A stretch of 64,000 bases of DNA, taken from contig DF237220.1 of assembly GCA_000708835.1 (NCBI GenBank), positions 1-64,000 of the forward strand. The letters are read 5' to 3'. This document shows positions 12,901 through 25,732 of the stretch, one piece after another; positions within the stretch are counted from its first letter, which is position 1, and every line of letters begins with the position of its first letter. This stretch comes from Klebsormidium nitens. Its lineage: Eukaryota > Plantae > Klebsormidiophyceae. A program made the translations under genes and the position numbers. The notes beneath the pieces are model-generated. The model had not been told where the DNA came from, searched no databases, and worked only from the letters and a program-made list of their open reading frames with translations.

Positions 12901-14304
12901 GTACCACCTCTTCGGCCTGCTGTGGACGTGGCAGTTCATCGCGGGGCTGGGCTACTGCGTCGTCGCCGGCGCGGTGGCCAGCTTCTACTGGTGCCGCGGC
13001 GACCGCAGCCGCGTGCCGCGGTGCCCCATCACACTCGCGGTGAAGCGCACGGCGTGGTACTACCTGGGCTGCGTCGCGCTGGGCAGCCTCATCGTGGCGC
13101 TGGTGCAGTTCGTGCGGCTGCTGCTCGAGTGGGTGGACCGCAAGGCGCGCAGCGTCACCGGCGGCGGCGGCTGGCTGGCGTACGTCATGGGCTGCCTGCG
13201 GTGCGTGCTGTGGCTGGTGCAGAAGATCGTGCAGTTCATCAACAAGAACGCGTACATCATGGTCGCCGTCAAGGGCACCGGCTACTGCGACTCCGCCGCA
13301 CGCGCCGTGGCGCTCATCCTCAGGTGAGCACCCGGCCCGGCGCACAGCAGAAGCCGGCGCGGCACGCACGCAAGCATGGACAATGTGACACAAATGACAG
13401 TCCCGCCATGGACGCTCCTCAGCAATGAGAAGCGAGACCAAAATCAGGAGCCTTCCATCTGGTACAAAGCTTGGAAACTTTGGAATCAAGATCGATAACC
13501 CGGAAGCTGGGTCCGGTGGCTCGACGTCTGCTCAGGAGAATGTTGCTTCCTCCTTTGAATGACTGCTTTTCCGACCTCATTGATTTGAGTTATCTTCAGA
13601 TTGCTTTGACAAACCAAAATTTCCAAAACCCCCGCCTCATTATCAAATAAGTTCACGAGACGGCCGTCGGTGCGGGTCGCTCTCGCTCCGTCCCCGTCTC
13701 TGACCGTGTATTGCGCCCTGTGGCCCTGTTTTGTGGCAGCAACGCGGTGCGCGTGGCTGCGGTGAACACGGTGGGCGCGAGCCTGCTGTGGGTGGGCAAG
13801 GTGGCCGTCGCGGCGCTGTGCGGCGGCTTCGCGTTCCTCATGTGCGACCTGCCGCAGTATGCGCAGCCCGACCGGCCGGCGTACCTGTCCAGCCCGCTGT
13901 TCCCGGTGCTCTTCTCCGCGGTGTTTGCGTACTTCATCGCGGCGGTGTTCATGAACGTGTACGAGATGGCCATCGACGCCGTGCTGCTCTGCTTCTGCGA
14001 GGACTGCGAGCGCCACGACGGCGACCCGCAGTACGCGCCGCCGCTGCTGCTCACCGCGCTCGGCAAGGCCGCGCACAAGGAGACCACCGTCGTGCCCTCC
14101 GCCCCGCCCGCCCTCGCCCCTCCCGCGCCCCCGCCCACGGCGTACTCGTACTCGCCCAGCTCGCCGGGCCCGCTGCAGCCGTACCCGCCCGGGGTACCGC
14201 CCCCGATGCAGGGGGGCTGGGTGGCCGGCCCGCACGGCAGCATGATGAGCGCGCCGCACCGGGTGCAGGCCGGGCAGGGAGTGTACGGATACACCGGCCG
14301 GTGA
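9942..14304 (+). CDS. CTL1: Choline transporter-like protein (SLC44/CTL family), 10 exons
   Basis: Motifs RKCRDVLFLILFVAFW, RIIYGLDSQGNLCG, CYPV, LFRRIRIAVACLK, HLFGLLWTWQF, GSLIVALVQFVR, INKNAYIMVA...YCDSA and YEMAIDAVLLCFCED. All introns GT-AG and in phase. TGA at 14302-14304. Confidence 0.93.
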
Positions 14305-15399
14305 GGGGATGGACCGGGCGTGGCAAAAAAAGCAACTTCCCCTCGGGCAAGTCAGTGCAACTGGTAAGACCGAACAGACCGCATTTCGCCGGCTCCGAGT
14401 GTCCAGAACGATCAGATGGGCGCGGTTGGGCAACTAAAAGGCGCGCATACGCTCCGGAATGGAAAGCCATCAGGCGGAGCGCGCTTAGGTGCGGCCGACG
14501 AGATACGGAGCTCTGATGAGTCAAGCAGGAGCCTTAGGAGGAAAAGATAGTCAGACTACTTGCACTGGGCGAGTAACTTGGTGTCGATGGTAGGAAGCGC
14601 TGCGTCAAAGGGACCTGTTTTAAGAAGAGTAGACGTTGACATGGTGCACAGAAGAATCAAAACAGAAGAGGGGCTGAGCTGCGGCGGTCTCGCGGTTGGG
14701 TGGATGGCGGCAGGTCCGCCGATGCTTGCAGGGCCCCCGGGCTGCTCCGCTGGAGGCCGGTCATGCGGTTGCCATTCCAACCTGAAAACCTGTCACGTAT
14801 CAAATGGGACGTCCAATCATAAGGGCGTTCCGGATTACATGAAGAAGCCTTGTGACCTGAACAAGGAAAGCCCCACGCAGCTTCCGCTTCCTCCGGGAGC
14901 AGCCATAAACAGCTGCAGTGTGTTTAATGGTTGAAGCACGACAGAGGGGCGGCCCGGCCGAAGATGGAACGGTGATTGATCGAGTTAACGAGCTTCAGCC
15001 AGCAGCGAACGGTACAGAAACAAATTACGCAATTACTAAGGTTTAGCCTGCGTTATCTAACATCTTTATAAAGTGGTTACATAGTTCGAGTCGCACTTAT
15101 CATAGGAGGCGGAGGATGAATTGGCGGTAAGCGTGATATAGTCCACGCAATTGAGGCAAATAGAGTGATTGAGCGATGTACTGCTTACACCCTTGCCACA
15201 TGAGCTGGTGGTCGTGCACTCGGGCTGAGAGTCAGCCGCGCACAGCGGCGGTCGATCGCCGTAAGTTGCTGCACTGAATAATCTCCATGTTGATCAGTAA
15301 CGAGAATCCTGTTGAACACCTTATCGGTAAGGAAGATCGCTGATTAGGGTTCTTGAGGTCCCCTACTCAGTACGTGCATCCCATCCGCTTCTCACATGT

Positions 15400-16800
15400 A
15401 TCATTCTGCTCGGCATGCTAAAATAGATACTAGCGGAAAGGGACATTATGCGTATCTTTCCCGCCACGGGCGCGAGTCCGTAATTACGGTGAGTCCTGGC
15501 GCACTGAGTCGCATGCATGTTGCTGTCGACGAGCGATCAGCTTCAAGTGCCAGAGCTCTTCATTGATTGGAAAGTATTGAAGGCCACATTGACAACAAAA
15601 TGTTTGCATAAACAGGCTCCAAGTTGGCATCTGCACGCATACTAGGTACCGCCGTATCAGAATCGTAGTGATAGAGCTGCGTGTACGATCCGCCGGGACC
15701 TAGCTCTGTACATGATAGGTGCAAAGATCGTCATGATCTCGAATTATTAGTGCCGGCCATGCAAGTATAGCCTAGCTGCATGGCATGTATGCCTGTTTGA
15801 GGTATATGCACTAAGACTAACTTGCGAATCGAATGTTGTTTATGGGAAGAGGGTCACGTCGACTCCAATGGAATGGACATATATGTCACGTTTGAGTACG
15901 TAATGCATGTTGTTCAATCGAATGATGTTTTTTGACACCTTATTATCATCTCGAGTACGCCCGATAATGACGCCAGTTTATTCGTCTTGTGATTGGCCAG
16001 AACCCTTACCATTGACGTCGTTGACCATCAAATCACGCTTGTCCAAAGGGCACCCCTCTCTAGATTCGTCAACACAATCAACCGCCGCCGTCGATTTCCA
16101 TCGAACGGCACAACTCAAGCGGCGGAAAAGACACGCCTTATTACTCTCAAACACAAAGCAATGAAGATTGCTAACCCACAGTCAAACAAGCCCAGTGTCA
16201 AGAGTACAAGACCTCCGTGAAATTGGACTCAAGACGGTCCGACGATCCTGAGTCCTGACTCCTGACTCCTGATTCCTGACACGGATTGAGAATCGAGATG
16301 CCTGATCGTCAACCCGTAATATTTCTCTTTTGACACCAGACCGAAGTTCCGAGCTGGTTAGCCGGATAACCCGGCACCTCAATTTGGCACGAATGCCGAG
16401 TAAGGTGGCCATTCTCTTTCTTGATGGAGGGATGCATGTTCTGGCGGCCATGCGTGATAGATCCTATAGCTAGCGTTATGTGCACTTCCTTCCCGCGGCG
16501 GGATGCTCCGGCCATGCGATCATATATAAGCAAAGGAGGCCCCGACACGTTAAGGCCGCTACATATTGACGGTGCTATACGTATATGAGGCCGTAAAGCA
16601 GCTTGCTTGTCGCACTCAAATTCACACGAATGTCCGCGGGGCCTGGCACGCCGTCACCGATGCATCGTATATGAGACATATGTATGCATGAGTATGTACT
16701 GTGACAACAATACTATATGCGAAAAGAATACGATATGCGAAAAGAAATCATGAGCCAGTATGCCTCCGCTCTCAATCATTGATGACAGCTTACCATATCA
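15400..16800. other. Palindrome-rich convergent spacer 2
   Basis: Dense GCATGC, GATC, CTAG, CATATG and TACGTA runs, plus GACATATATGTC (15876-15887). Assessed by eye, not counted. Confidence 0.65.
16246..16280. repeat. Heptamer microsatellite (TCCTGAN)x5
   Basis: Read directly from the sequence. Confidence 0.9.
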
Positions 16801-17082
16801 ATCTGACCCATGAACTCGCATGAACATAATCCAAATGATCAAGTCCGCAGCGACAACTGCGCACGTATTAAGAGAGAGCGGCCGGGCCCTCGACGGGCCA
16901 TGCCCTCAAGCGGCCGGCCTCCCGGTACCGTTGATTCAGAACAATTACCGGAAATGATGCAAATGGAGCCTCCAGTGAACGCGACAATTGCCAACGCAGC
17001 AAACCGCGCGAGGAGAGGCATTATAGAGTACAGACTCAAGGACTATGCGCCTGCTTATATGACGAAGACAGAATCACAATCT

Positions 17083-20000
17083 TTAGTTGGTTTCGCCGAT
17101 GCACTGTTTCACAAGCGTCATCAGGCAGCTGCCAGGAAATCTGCCCAGCGAACCCCGTGCAGCGGCAACTTCGCTGAAGGTCCTGACTGCGTCTCCGCTC
17201 GGCGGGCCGTCGCCCACGTCCGCCTCTTGCTCCACGCTGGCTGGGGCCGACGTGGTCTGCTCGACAGTGGCGGCGCGCGGCAGGGGAAACGGCGCCATGT
17301 CCACTGACACCACCCGTGCTTCGCCCCTGCAAAGGGAAGTGGCACACAACATTACAGTCGGGCGAAGTCAGGATTGACCTCGAGTATGGAGCCGTCGTTC
17401 AACTGACCTGTGCTTTTGAGCGGACACGGGGATGCTGAGCACGAGTGAGATTCAGGAACGCGTCCACATCCACAAGCATCACCTGAACAGCCGGCTGGAG
17501 GTAGTGCTCGTCAGCAGACCATTCTCCTTGTGACCAGCGCCCTTTGGAAACACATTCGCTTCACAAGTTGAGCCCTGAGAATGGCTCAAGATACGCGCCG
17601 TCCGGTCCGCAGCGCTGCGGATCATCCCGACAGATTGACTAAGTCTGCGTGAAAGGATTTACCCCATCGCGGGCTGCTTTCCGTACAGACCCGCTGAACT
17701 TCTGAGGGGCAGAAACCTGCGGGTATCTCGATGCATCACCATGTTCCCACGTTCGTTCTGAGCGATGACCAAGCGGATTCGCGTGCGAGCACGGCGCCTC
17801 GTTGACACTCGTGCCCTGTTGCCGGGCCCACCAGGGCTGCCTGTGGCCGCACCTGCGCGCAACGAAGTCCGCGAGCGCGCACGCTGTGAGCGGCACCGGC
17901 TCATGGCTGTGGTCGCCGTAGTCGACGGGCGTGCTGTGGTCCCCGGTCACGAGCAGCGTGTAGCGCGGCCCGCCCGCCGCCTGCGCGGCCCACAGGCGCG
18001 CCGCCAGCTGGCCCACCATGGCGTCCACGGCCTCCAGCAGCGCCACCTTGAGCCCGCCCGCGCGGTCGTGGCCCGCGTCGTCCACCGCCTGCGCGGACCA
18101 AGGCACTGCTGCCACCGAGCGGGGGCGAGGGGCGCACGCACCCTGCTGCTCCGTGAATGTTCTCCCACCCTTAAATGCTTGAAACAAGGAGACAAGCAGA
18201 TAACACCAATGGGCTTCTAGATTTTGCTGAACGGTCTACCCCTCTAGCGTTCGTCAATTTCAGCATGAAGTAGCGCATCAGATGCTGAAACTTCGCTGAT
18301 GCTTTCGTGGCCGCCTAAGTAGGATTGGAATCTGATCTCGTGGCAAGACGGAAGCGCTTCTAGGCCTGCCGAAGCTCCCGTTGCAAGGCACGTGATTCTG
18401 CTCTACAGAGACGCCTCCTCATGTCCAAATAATCCAGATTATTTATGTCTCCTGAGCCAATTCACGCCGCCGGGTGCTCTCTGCGTGGGTGCGTCACCTT
18501 GATGTGCAGGAAGCCGAAGTCGTAGCCGGCGGCCTGGCCGGACGGCTGGCTGCCCTCCACTCCGGGCACCTGCACCCGCGGCAGCGGCGCGGCAGGCGCC
18601 GCAAGCGCAGCGGCAATGGCGGCGGCCTTGGAAGTCAGCTGCGTGCGGTAGTCGCCCGTCGCACCTGGGGGCGGCAACGTGCAGAATCACGGCCGGGCGG
18701 CGGAGGGCCGCGCTCGGAGCAAGAACCGGGCAGGTCTTACGACTCAGCGTAGAGAGGCCGGTGGCAATAATACAGCTCACAACGAGGCTGAACCGACGCA
18801 GTGTACAAGTGACAAAGGATGGAACCCAAGATAACAAAAGTAGAAGCCAAGCAGGACGAGGTACGTATCGCCCGGCGACTTTCCGATTGAGGTTCCACAC
18901 AGTGGACATGGTCAGATGTTCCCGTGTGCCCACCTGGCGCCTCGAGGATGTCCATGCCGAGGGAGAGGCCCAGCCCCGCGATGATCTTGGTGGGCGCCAC
19001 CATGCACGGCACTACGCCCGCCTGCGCCGCCAGCGACGGCACCTGCAACACCGCGCACGCAGCCGTCAGAGCGGGGGAGAAGCACGCAGAAGAGCCGCTG
19101 GAGGGAGGCCGCGCGGAGTGAAAGCAAGCGAAACGGTCCAAGGCCCAGCTTTGGGCGATGAAGATAAGGGAGAGACAGGGTTGAACCAATCACTCGTCCT
19201 CCAAGCAGCTGAGCCCGTTGGGTTTGCCGCCAAGCTTCATGGACTGCCTGTATGACCACGTGCTTGCTGCACTCTGCGGCCTCCGTCTGCAGGGCAGTTC
19301 CAGCGCCTAGCTGGTTCTTTGCGATAGCGGGTGAGAGCAACAGGCTCATCATATTGCCGTCTTCCCCTGCGGCGCACCTGTATCCTGATGCCGCACCCGC
19401 GCAGCAGGACCACGTTGGCCGGGTTCTTGCCCTCCGCAACGCGCTGCGCGTTGATCGGGTGCCCCCGCAGGATGGCGCGAAATGCATCCGACACCGCATT
19501 CACAACCTGCACGCGAGCCCGCACTGCACCAGGTGAGGGTCAGCGATCTGCGCAGAGGCAAGCTGGGGAGGTGCACGAACACACAGGTGCACGAGATGGC
19601 TGTCATTGGGACAGGCAACTGGTAGACACGTCGAAAGTCGCTGTACTTCTTACTCGCTTTATAATAAGGACGAATCTCTTCTCTCTATAGTGCAGGATGG
19701 CAAGCAACCCTGAAAGCAGTGACTTTGATCGCGAAACACTCCAGACCCGCCAGCCTCGTCACCGGCAGACTTTGCAGAGGTCTGACCACCAGCAGGTCCC
19801 GCCAACGTGCGGCAGAACACAGGCAAGCGCCAAAACCTGTAACACCCACACTACCCAGAGACATGGCAACTTTGTACGTGGATTCGTCCTTGCAGTTCTG
19901 TGGAGACATTTCGGAATGATATGAAGCCCCAGCTCCACGAACAAACGTATGAGCAATCTTTACGGGTTTCCCACACAATCCTGCCGGCTTCCAATACTTG

Positions 20001-21762
20001 TTCGGGAGCTGACGAAAAGAGCCATCGCTCCCTCTACTTGATCCTGCAGACTGAGCGCCCCAAGCTATGCTGAAAGAGCCAGTATTTACGCTCCAATCCG
20101 GCTTGCACTCGATAGGCTCTCAACAGATAGAAAGGTTACTAACAAAAGACACCCCGAACAATAGTGAGACGAGGCAGTGTGTCCGAACAGATCACTCCGC
20201 CAGCTTGGACACATGTCGGAGGTAAACCACCATAATCTGTATTGAAACTCTGCAACGAGATGAGCCTTCTATGAGGTCGAGAAACCTTTCAAGGATCCTC
20301 AATTCAGCCCTGCCGGCCGAATTCCAAAATAAAAACTCAAGTTACAAAGTACATGACCATCTGGACATGGATACCCGCCTCATCATTCTCACAGGCCGAG
20401 TCATGCACGCCTCGCCTCACCCGTGCGGTGTGCTCGGCTTCGGGTGTGCCGTCCAGCCCCTCCACTGTGCGCAGCGGCAGGTTGTCCTTGAGAGGGTCCG
20501 TCCCGGAGATGTTGCCGCTCAGGCCGGGCCCCCGCACGACCACGCCGCAGCGGTGCTCCGTGGCGTAGCGCACGTTGACCTGGTAGTCGGGGAAGGCGTG
20601 CAGGCGGCACCCGTCCAGCGCAGCGCACAGCACGGGGCCCAGCGCCTCAAAGTGGCGGTCCGCGCGCCGCGACGTCACAATGCCGCTCTCCTCGTCCACC
20701 GTTGCGAAGTTGCTCTGCAAAGGGGGAATGGGGCGCGCAACATCGTGAAATAGAGGCAGGGGAGCCTGTAAACGAGCAGGAGGATACTCCATTTCGCTTC
20801 GCGCAGACAATGATGAAAGAAACTGATATGAACGGAGGTATTCCTTGTAAGGGCCTGGAAATGTACTCTGAAGGAATCAAAACCTAGTGAAGGGGTGCAA
20901 TTCAATGAACTGGAGGGTCGTAGTGGGGCCAAAGAGCAATTTTGGTACCTTATTGTTGCAATCATGAGATGGCATGCCATCCAACCTGTCAAAAAGGGGC
21001 GGAACTGTATGCACGTCTGATGCAAGGGTGCCCCCTGTCAACTAATAACGAACTCCGCCTGTGTCCAGTCTGCGTCAGCCACCGGGTGGGGCGTTGTTGC
21101 TGGGGCTGGGCGTACTTTGAACGCGATGTCCCCCGGCGCCATGGGCAGGCCCGCCCCCATGGACTCAAACGCGCCGCGGCCTCGGTAGTAGACGCGCGGG
21201 TTGTAGCCCAGCAGGGAGAGGTGCGCGGTGTCGCTGCCGCAGGCCAGCCCCGGCTCCACCGGGTCCATGAGCCCATTCACACCAGCGGCTGCCAGTGCGT
21301 CCAGGTTGGGCAGGCGAGCAGCCTGCGCACAGACGCGGCGCCCTGTGAGACACTCACTCGCTGGACCAGTCAGCAGCTCAGACTGGCCCGTCTGCTCTGT
21401 CAATGCAGGTTACGGGCCCGGCAAGCGAAGTACACAACGCTGTCAGTCTGAAAAAAGACTCGCTAGAGCGCAAGCACTGCAAGGAGACAGAATGAGAGGA
21501 TGTCTGACACCATAAGCGATTCCTTTTATCCCTGCCTTGGGCAAAGCCTGAGGGACCCTTCGATGACCATAAAGGCAGCGGGCAATTTATGGCTGGCCCA
21601 CAGCTTGGCATGTGTTCAGCTTCGTGCAGGAAAGAGCGGCGCCCTTGGTGATACCCCTCCACTGCTGCTCACCTCCAGTGGGGTCCTGAACCCCAGCGAT
21701 GGCAGAGCCAGATCGCCAATCCCATCCACCAACACCAAGGCCACACGGTGCGCGCTGGGCAT
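17083..21762 (-). CDS. apgM: 2,3-bisphosphoglycerate-independent phosphoglycerate mutase, apgM/alkaline-phosphatase superfamily (plant At4g09520/At3g30841-type), 8 exons
   Basis: MPSAHRVALVLVDGIGD, GLMDPVEPGLACGSDTAHLSLLGY, RYATEHRCGVV, LSGNISGTDP, NVVLLRGCG, APTKIIAGLG, FLHIK|AVDDAGHD, VTGDHSTP, HSHEPVP and GSLGRFPG. The metal ligands and catalytic Ser appear intact. Confidence 0.93.
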
Positions 21763-22626
21763 CCTCCCAGCAAGCGCCACCGCCGCTAGCTCCGGGCTGG
21801 TGTTGATGGTCTGGATGCCCAGCGCAGAGCACGAGCGGAGTGGACCCAGCCGGCTTCCTGGCAGTGGCAGAGGTCGTGATGTGGGGTATGGCAGCTCGTC
21901 AAGCTCGTCAAGCTCGGCAACTGACTAATGCTAGCAATGCCACAGGGTACATTGGGAGTGCTAGCGGAAGGACAAACCCTAGACTCAGAGTTGCTGTGTG
22001 ACCCGAGACGAGCCACTCTTGTTCAACCTGACCCCGCCACAAAAATGTTAATAAGCTTGAAGAGCCGGTTCTCGTGTCCGCCCACTTTGCCGTTTCCCGG
22101 TACAACGGATGCAAACCCTGCGAAATGTTTTCGTGTTGACCGGGTGCGTATCAACAACCGGCAGCTGAGTTGACGGCTCAGTCTCGTATTATAACATACA
22201 CAGATCGATGGACATAGGACCTAGGTTTAAGCTGACGATAACTATCCAAACCCAGCTTCCACTTCTGTCCAGCTATAGATAATAATTTATATACTAATAA
22301 AATAGAGCATTGTTCGGCGGTCTGCAGCTCAACCGTCTTCCCCACACGGCACCGTCCAACCTTCGCCTTGAAGCGTTCACTCTTGTGGGCTAGGGCAACA
22401 GTGAACCCTGTACAGTGTAAGTCCTTGAAGTTCAGCCTACAGGCCAGCTCAGAACTGATTGCCCCGGAGGATTCAGAAGATGCGCAGCACCACTATGCTT
22501 GGCTGCTCTGATGGAGCCTACCTTAGGCGCACTAACGATGCACAACTGTCGGTATAGACTGGAGGCGTGTCCGCGAGGGACCTGTAGAAGGGTGCATTGA
22601 TTGACACACATTGGCGGGGCTCCAGC

Positions 22627-25600
22627 ATGCCCGGTGCGAACAGCGTCATCGAGATCACTGAGCTGCCCTTGCCCCTCCCCCGCCCCCTCAGCCCAGCACG
22701 CAGCGCGCCCGCCAAGCGATGGCCCCGTCTCCTGGGCTTGCTCTTCTTGGCGTTTGCAGCGTTTGCACTCATCACCACCGGCGCCAGCACCGCCGCAGTG
22801 CACTACGGAGTGGATGTCAATGATCTGGGCAAGAGACAGATCCTGCCAGGCCTGCTCAGGGCGCTCTTCATTGACGGCTGCCTCTTGTCAGCAGCAGGTT
22901 GCAGGGCAGACAACCGGGACAGGCGACCACAGTCCAGCGGAATCACGGAGGGGACAGAGCAGGCCGCGCAGCTGGCCAGCGCCCTCAAGTTTAAGCCCAA
23001 GGAGGTCCCTGGCGTACACGAGGAAGCGGCAGCTGACCAGGTGCTGAAGGAGCTCAGCGGAGCAGAAGCCAGTCAGGTGTGGCACACAATGAACGACACG
23101 CAGCTGTTTGCCGCTGCGCTGGCAGCTGCAGAGGGGGCAGCCGAGCCTGCTGCCGGGGCTGCCAAGGTGGCCTTCATGTTCCTGACCAGGGGGGAGCTGC
23201 CGCTGGCGCCACTCTGGACCCGCTTCCTCAGAGTAAGTGCAGCCAGTGGCGCTTATCATGGTGTCCAACAGGGGTTCTGCATCTATGGAGTCAGGCGGTG
23301 GCACCCATGTGAGTCTTCTGTGCTCCCAAGAAGAAGTACAAAGTGAAATCCTGCTGAAATTGGCCAGAAAACCAATCAGTTGGTGAGCTGCAAACACAGA
23401 GTACATTATCTACATCGGAGGTCGCCTTGTGTTCACAGGGGAAGGAAGGGCGGTACTCCATCTACGTGCATGCGCACCCTGACTACACTTTCGGTGTTGG
23501 CCCCGACCTGTTCCGCAAGGGGCGCATCCCCAGCCAGCCGGTGAGCCAGCATGCCCTCAGGCCTGCCCACCCGTACCCACCCTGCTCTGCACCCTTGTTC
23601 GTGGTGACTGCAATGGTAGTGCCGGTGTAGAGCAAAAGTCATTGGCACGTCTACAAAGGGTCTGGTCAGCTGCCTGTGTACGCTCCGGCCCGCATCTTTT
23701 GTTTTGCTGTGCGCAGGTGAGCTGGGGCAGCATGGCCATGGTGGACGCGGAGCGGCGGCTGCTGGCCAACGCACTGCTGGACCGCGCCAACGCCGCCTTC
23801 ATCCTGCTCTCCGAGTCATGCGCGCCCATCGCCGCCTTTGATGACATCTATACCTACCTCACCAGCACGCATCTCAGCTTCATTGAAGCGTGAGCATCCC
23901 CAGTGCTCCTCGCTCAACAGTTCTTACCTGTTATTTCTGCTTGCCCTTTGATGTTGCCTCGATATTGCCCATAAACCTCAAGAACGGACTCTTCTGCTCC
24001 AGCATGATTCTTGCTGAGGAGCTGTAGCGCTTTCTAGGTTGTTCATCTCTATAACTTGTGCATACACCCGATGGAATCTGGAGCAGGACTTTTCAAAAGT
24101 TATGGCCATCTTTCCTACTCGTGTTGCTGTTCACCTGTACCCATTGGCAGGCCTGTCCCCATACACCCGCAGGTTCGACGACCCGAGCCCGCAGGCGCGT
24201 GGCCGTTACCACCCCGGCATGCAGCCAGAGATCAGCATGGAGCAGTGGCGCAAGGGGCGCCAGGTCAGCACACGCGCACCGCCCGCGCCTCAGTCTAGGC
24301 TCTCTCAGGCTCGGCGGTGCACCCAAGTGCCTGCTTCCGTTCTTAACGGCGAAAAACGACGAGGAGATGGACATGAGAGTGGGCTTGCCGTCTAGCTCGA
24401 TCTTCGAAGTGGGTCATCCTCTCGAAGCTGAGTTTGATGGCCGAGTGCCATCCGTGCAGCCCGCTGAAGCGTGTCCCTTGATGTTGGCAGTGGTTTGAGG
24501 TGACGCGGGAGCATGCTGCGGCCATCGTTGGCGACACGGTGTACTACCCCAAGTTCCGGGACTTCTGCACGGTGAGCCCCCGCATCAAGTCTCGTCCTCC
24601 TGAGAAGGACGTCAGGGAGAGAGCACGCTCTTCCGGTGCACAGCTCGTGTGAATGGACATTCTCTGGGCAGAAGGGTGGGGACAGTGGCTCACATTCTCA
24701 TGCAATAATACAAGTGTGACATCGTCCCCTGCCTTTTGATTGTGTGGTGCTTTCGATTACCGTCTATTGCTGTGTTGCCAAGTCGGCTGGAGCCGTAATC
24801 TCGCCTTCCTGTTTTTATCCAGGGCGACCGCAACTGTTACTCTGATGAGCACTACATACAAACGCTTGCTTACGTGAGGTCCTTACTCTTTGCTCCGTCG
24901 TTATCTTCAAAGTCCACCCGCGGCGCCAGTCCCACTTGCACGTCACGTGTCTCTTTCAGGGCGATGCCGAGCACCAGTTCTGCTATCCTGACGAGCACTA
25001 CTTGCAGACGTTCGCCTACGTGAGTCTAGACACTGCTAGCCCGCCTGCCGCCCTCACGCCCCCATCTCACTCCCACTGTCTGCATAGTCTGCGATAAGCG
25101 GCTTGTTGCCGCTGCTCTTCGTGTGCTGGCTGTTGCTGGGGCTCTGGTGCCACGTCAGATACTCCCACGTCTCCGCATGCCTGTATCGATACGGTGCCCT
25201 GATCGTTTGAGAGCTCGCTGAGCCTGCGGTGTGCTGCGCGGCTGCCAGATCACGCTGCGGCACGAGATAGCCAACCGCAGCCTGACGTACGTTGACTGGT
25301 CGCGCGGGGGCTGGCACCCCGCCACCTTCGGCTTCTGGGAGGCCACCGAGGAATGGCTCCGCGCGATCAAGGTCAGCCCAGCCACTGCCACACTGTTGCC
25401 GGACACGAGGAGGAGCACACCACGGACTGACGCTGGTATCGCCGATGTGATTCCCAATCACCGGCTTTGTGTGGCCCTGTCCGCAACCTTGTTCAGAAGT
25501 TGGCTTGTTACAATTGCCACAGCTCTTGAATGTTATTTTGGGATTTATGTGCCGAAGGAACAACCTCTGTGCGGTTTGACTGATGCTGGTGTCGGTGGTG

Positions 25601-25732
25601 TGGGTGCAGGCTCGAGGGGAGTGCGACTGGAGTGGGCGACCGGGGCAATGCTTCTTGTTTGTTAGGAAGGTCGACCGCACCGCGCTCAGACCCTTGATGC
25701 AGATGAGCGATGATGTGCTTGGCTATCGATAA
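22627..25732 (+). CDS. Core-2/I-branching beta-1,6-GlcNAc transferase-like (GT14-like/DUF266, BC10 family) type II membrane glycosyltransferase
   Basis: N-terminal TM helix (LLGLLFLAFAAFALI), then KVAFMFLTRG, YSIYVH, VSWG...DAERRLLANALLD, FILLSESC, WRKGRQ|WFEV, CYxDEHY, NRSLTYVDWSRGGWHPATF and CFLFVRK. The last exon is 25610-25732. Confidence 0.92.
24823..24873 (+). other. Alternative exon 6A of the GT14-like gene (GDRNCYSDEHYIQTLAY)
   Basis: 51 nt, phase 0/0, flanked by ttttatccAG and GTgagg. Homologous to exon 6B. Confidence 0.75.
24960..25019 (+). other. Alternative exon 6B of the GT14-like gene (GDAEHQFCYPDEHYLQTFAY)
   Basis: 60 nt, phase 0/0, flanked by ctctttcAG and GTgagt. Confidence 0.8.

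Noticed and set aside
11972-14433. Long alternative-frame and antisense ORFs over GC-rich exons (e.g. 11972-13327 +, 13486-14433 -; similarly 1344-2117 -, 47754-48617 +, 48942-49721 +)
   Set aside because: Shadow ORFs caused by stop-codon scarcity in very GC-rich coding DNA. They are Arg/Ala/Pro/Gly-rich with no motifs and overlap well-supported exons.
14941-16800. AT-richer spacer as a horizontally acquired or viral island
   Set aside because: No long ORFs, transposase/integrase motifs or prokaryotic signals. It has the same texture as the other convergent spacers.
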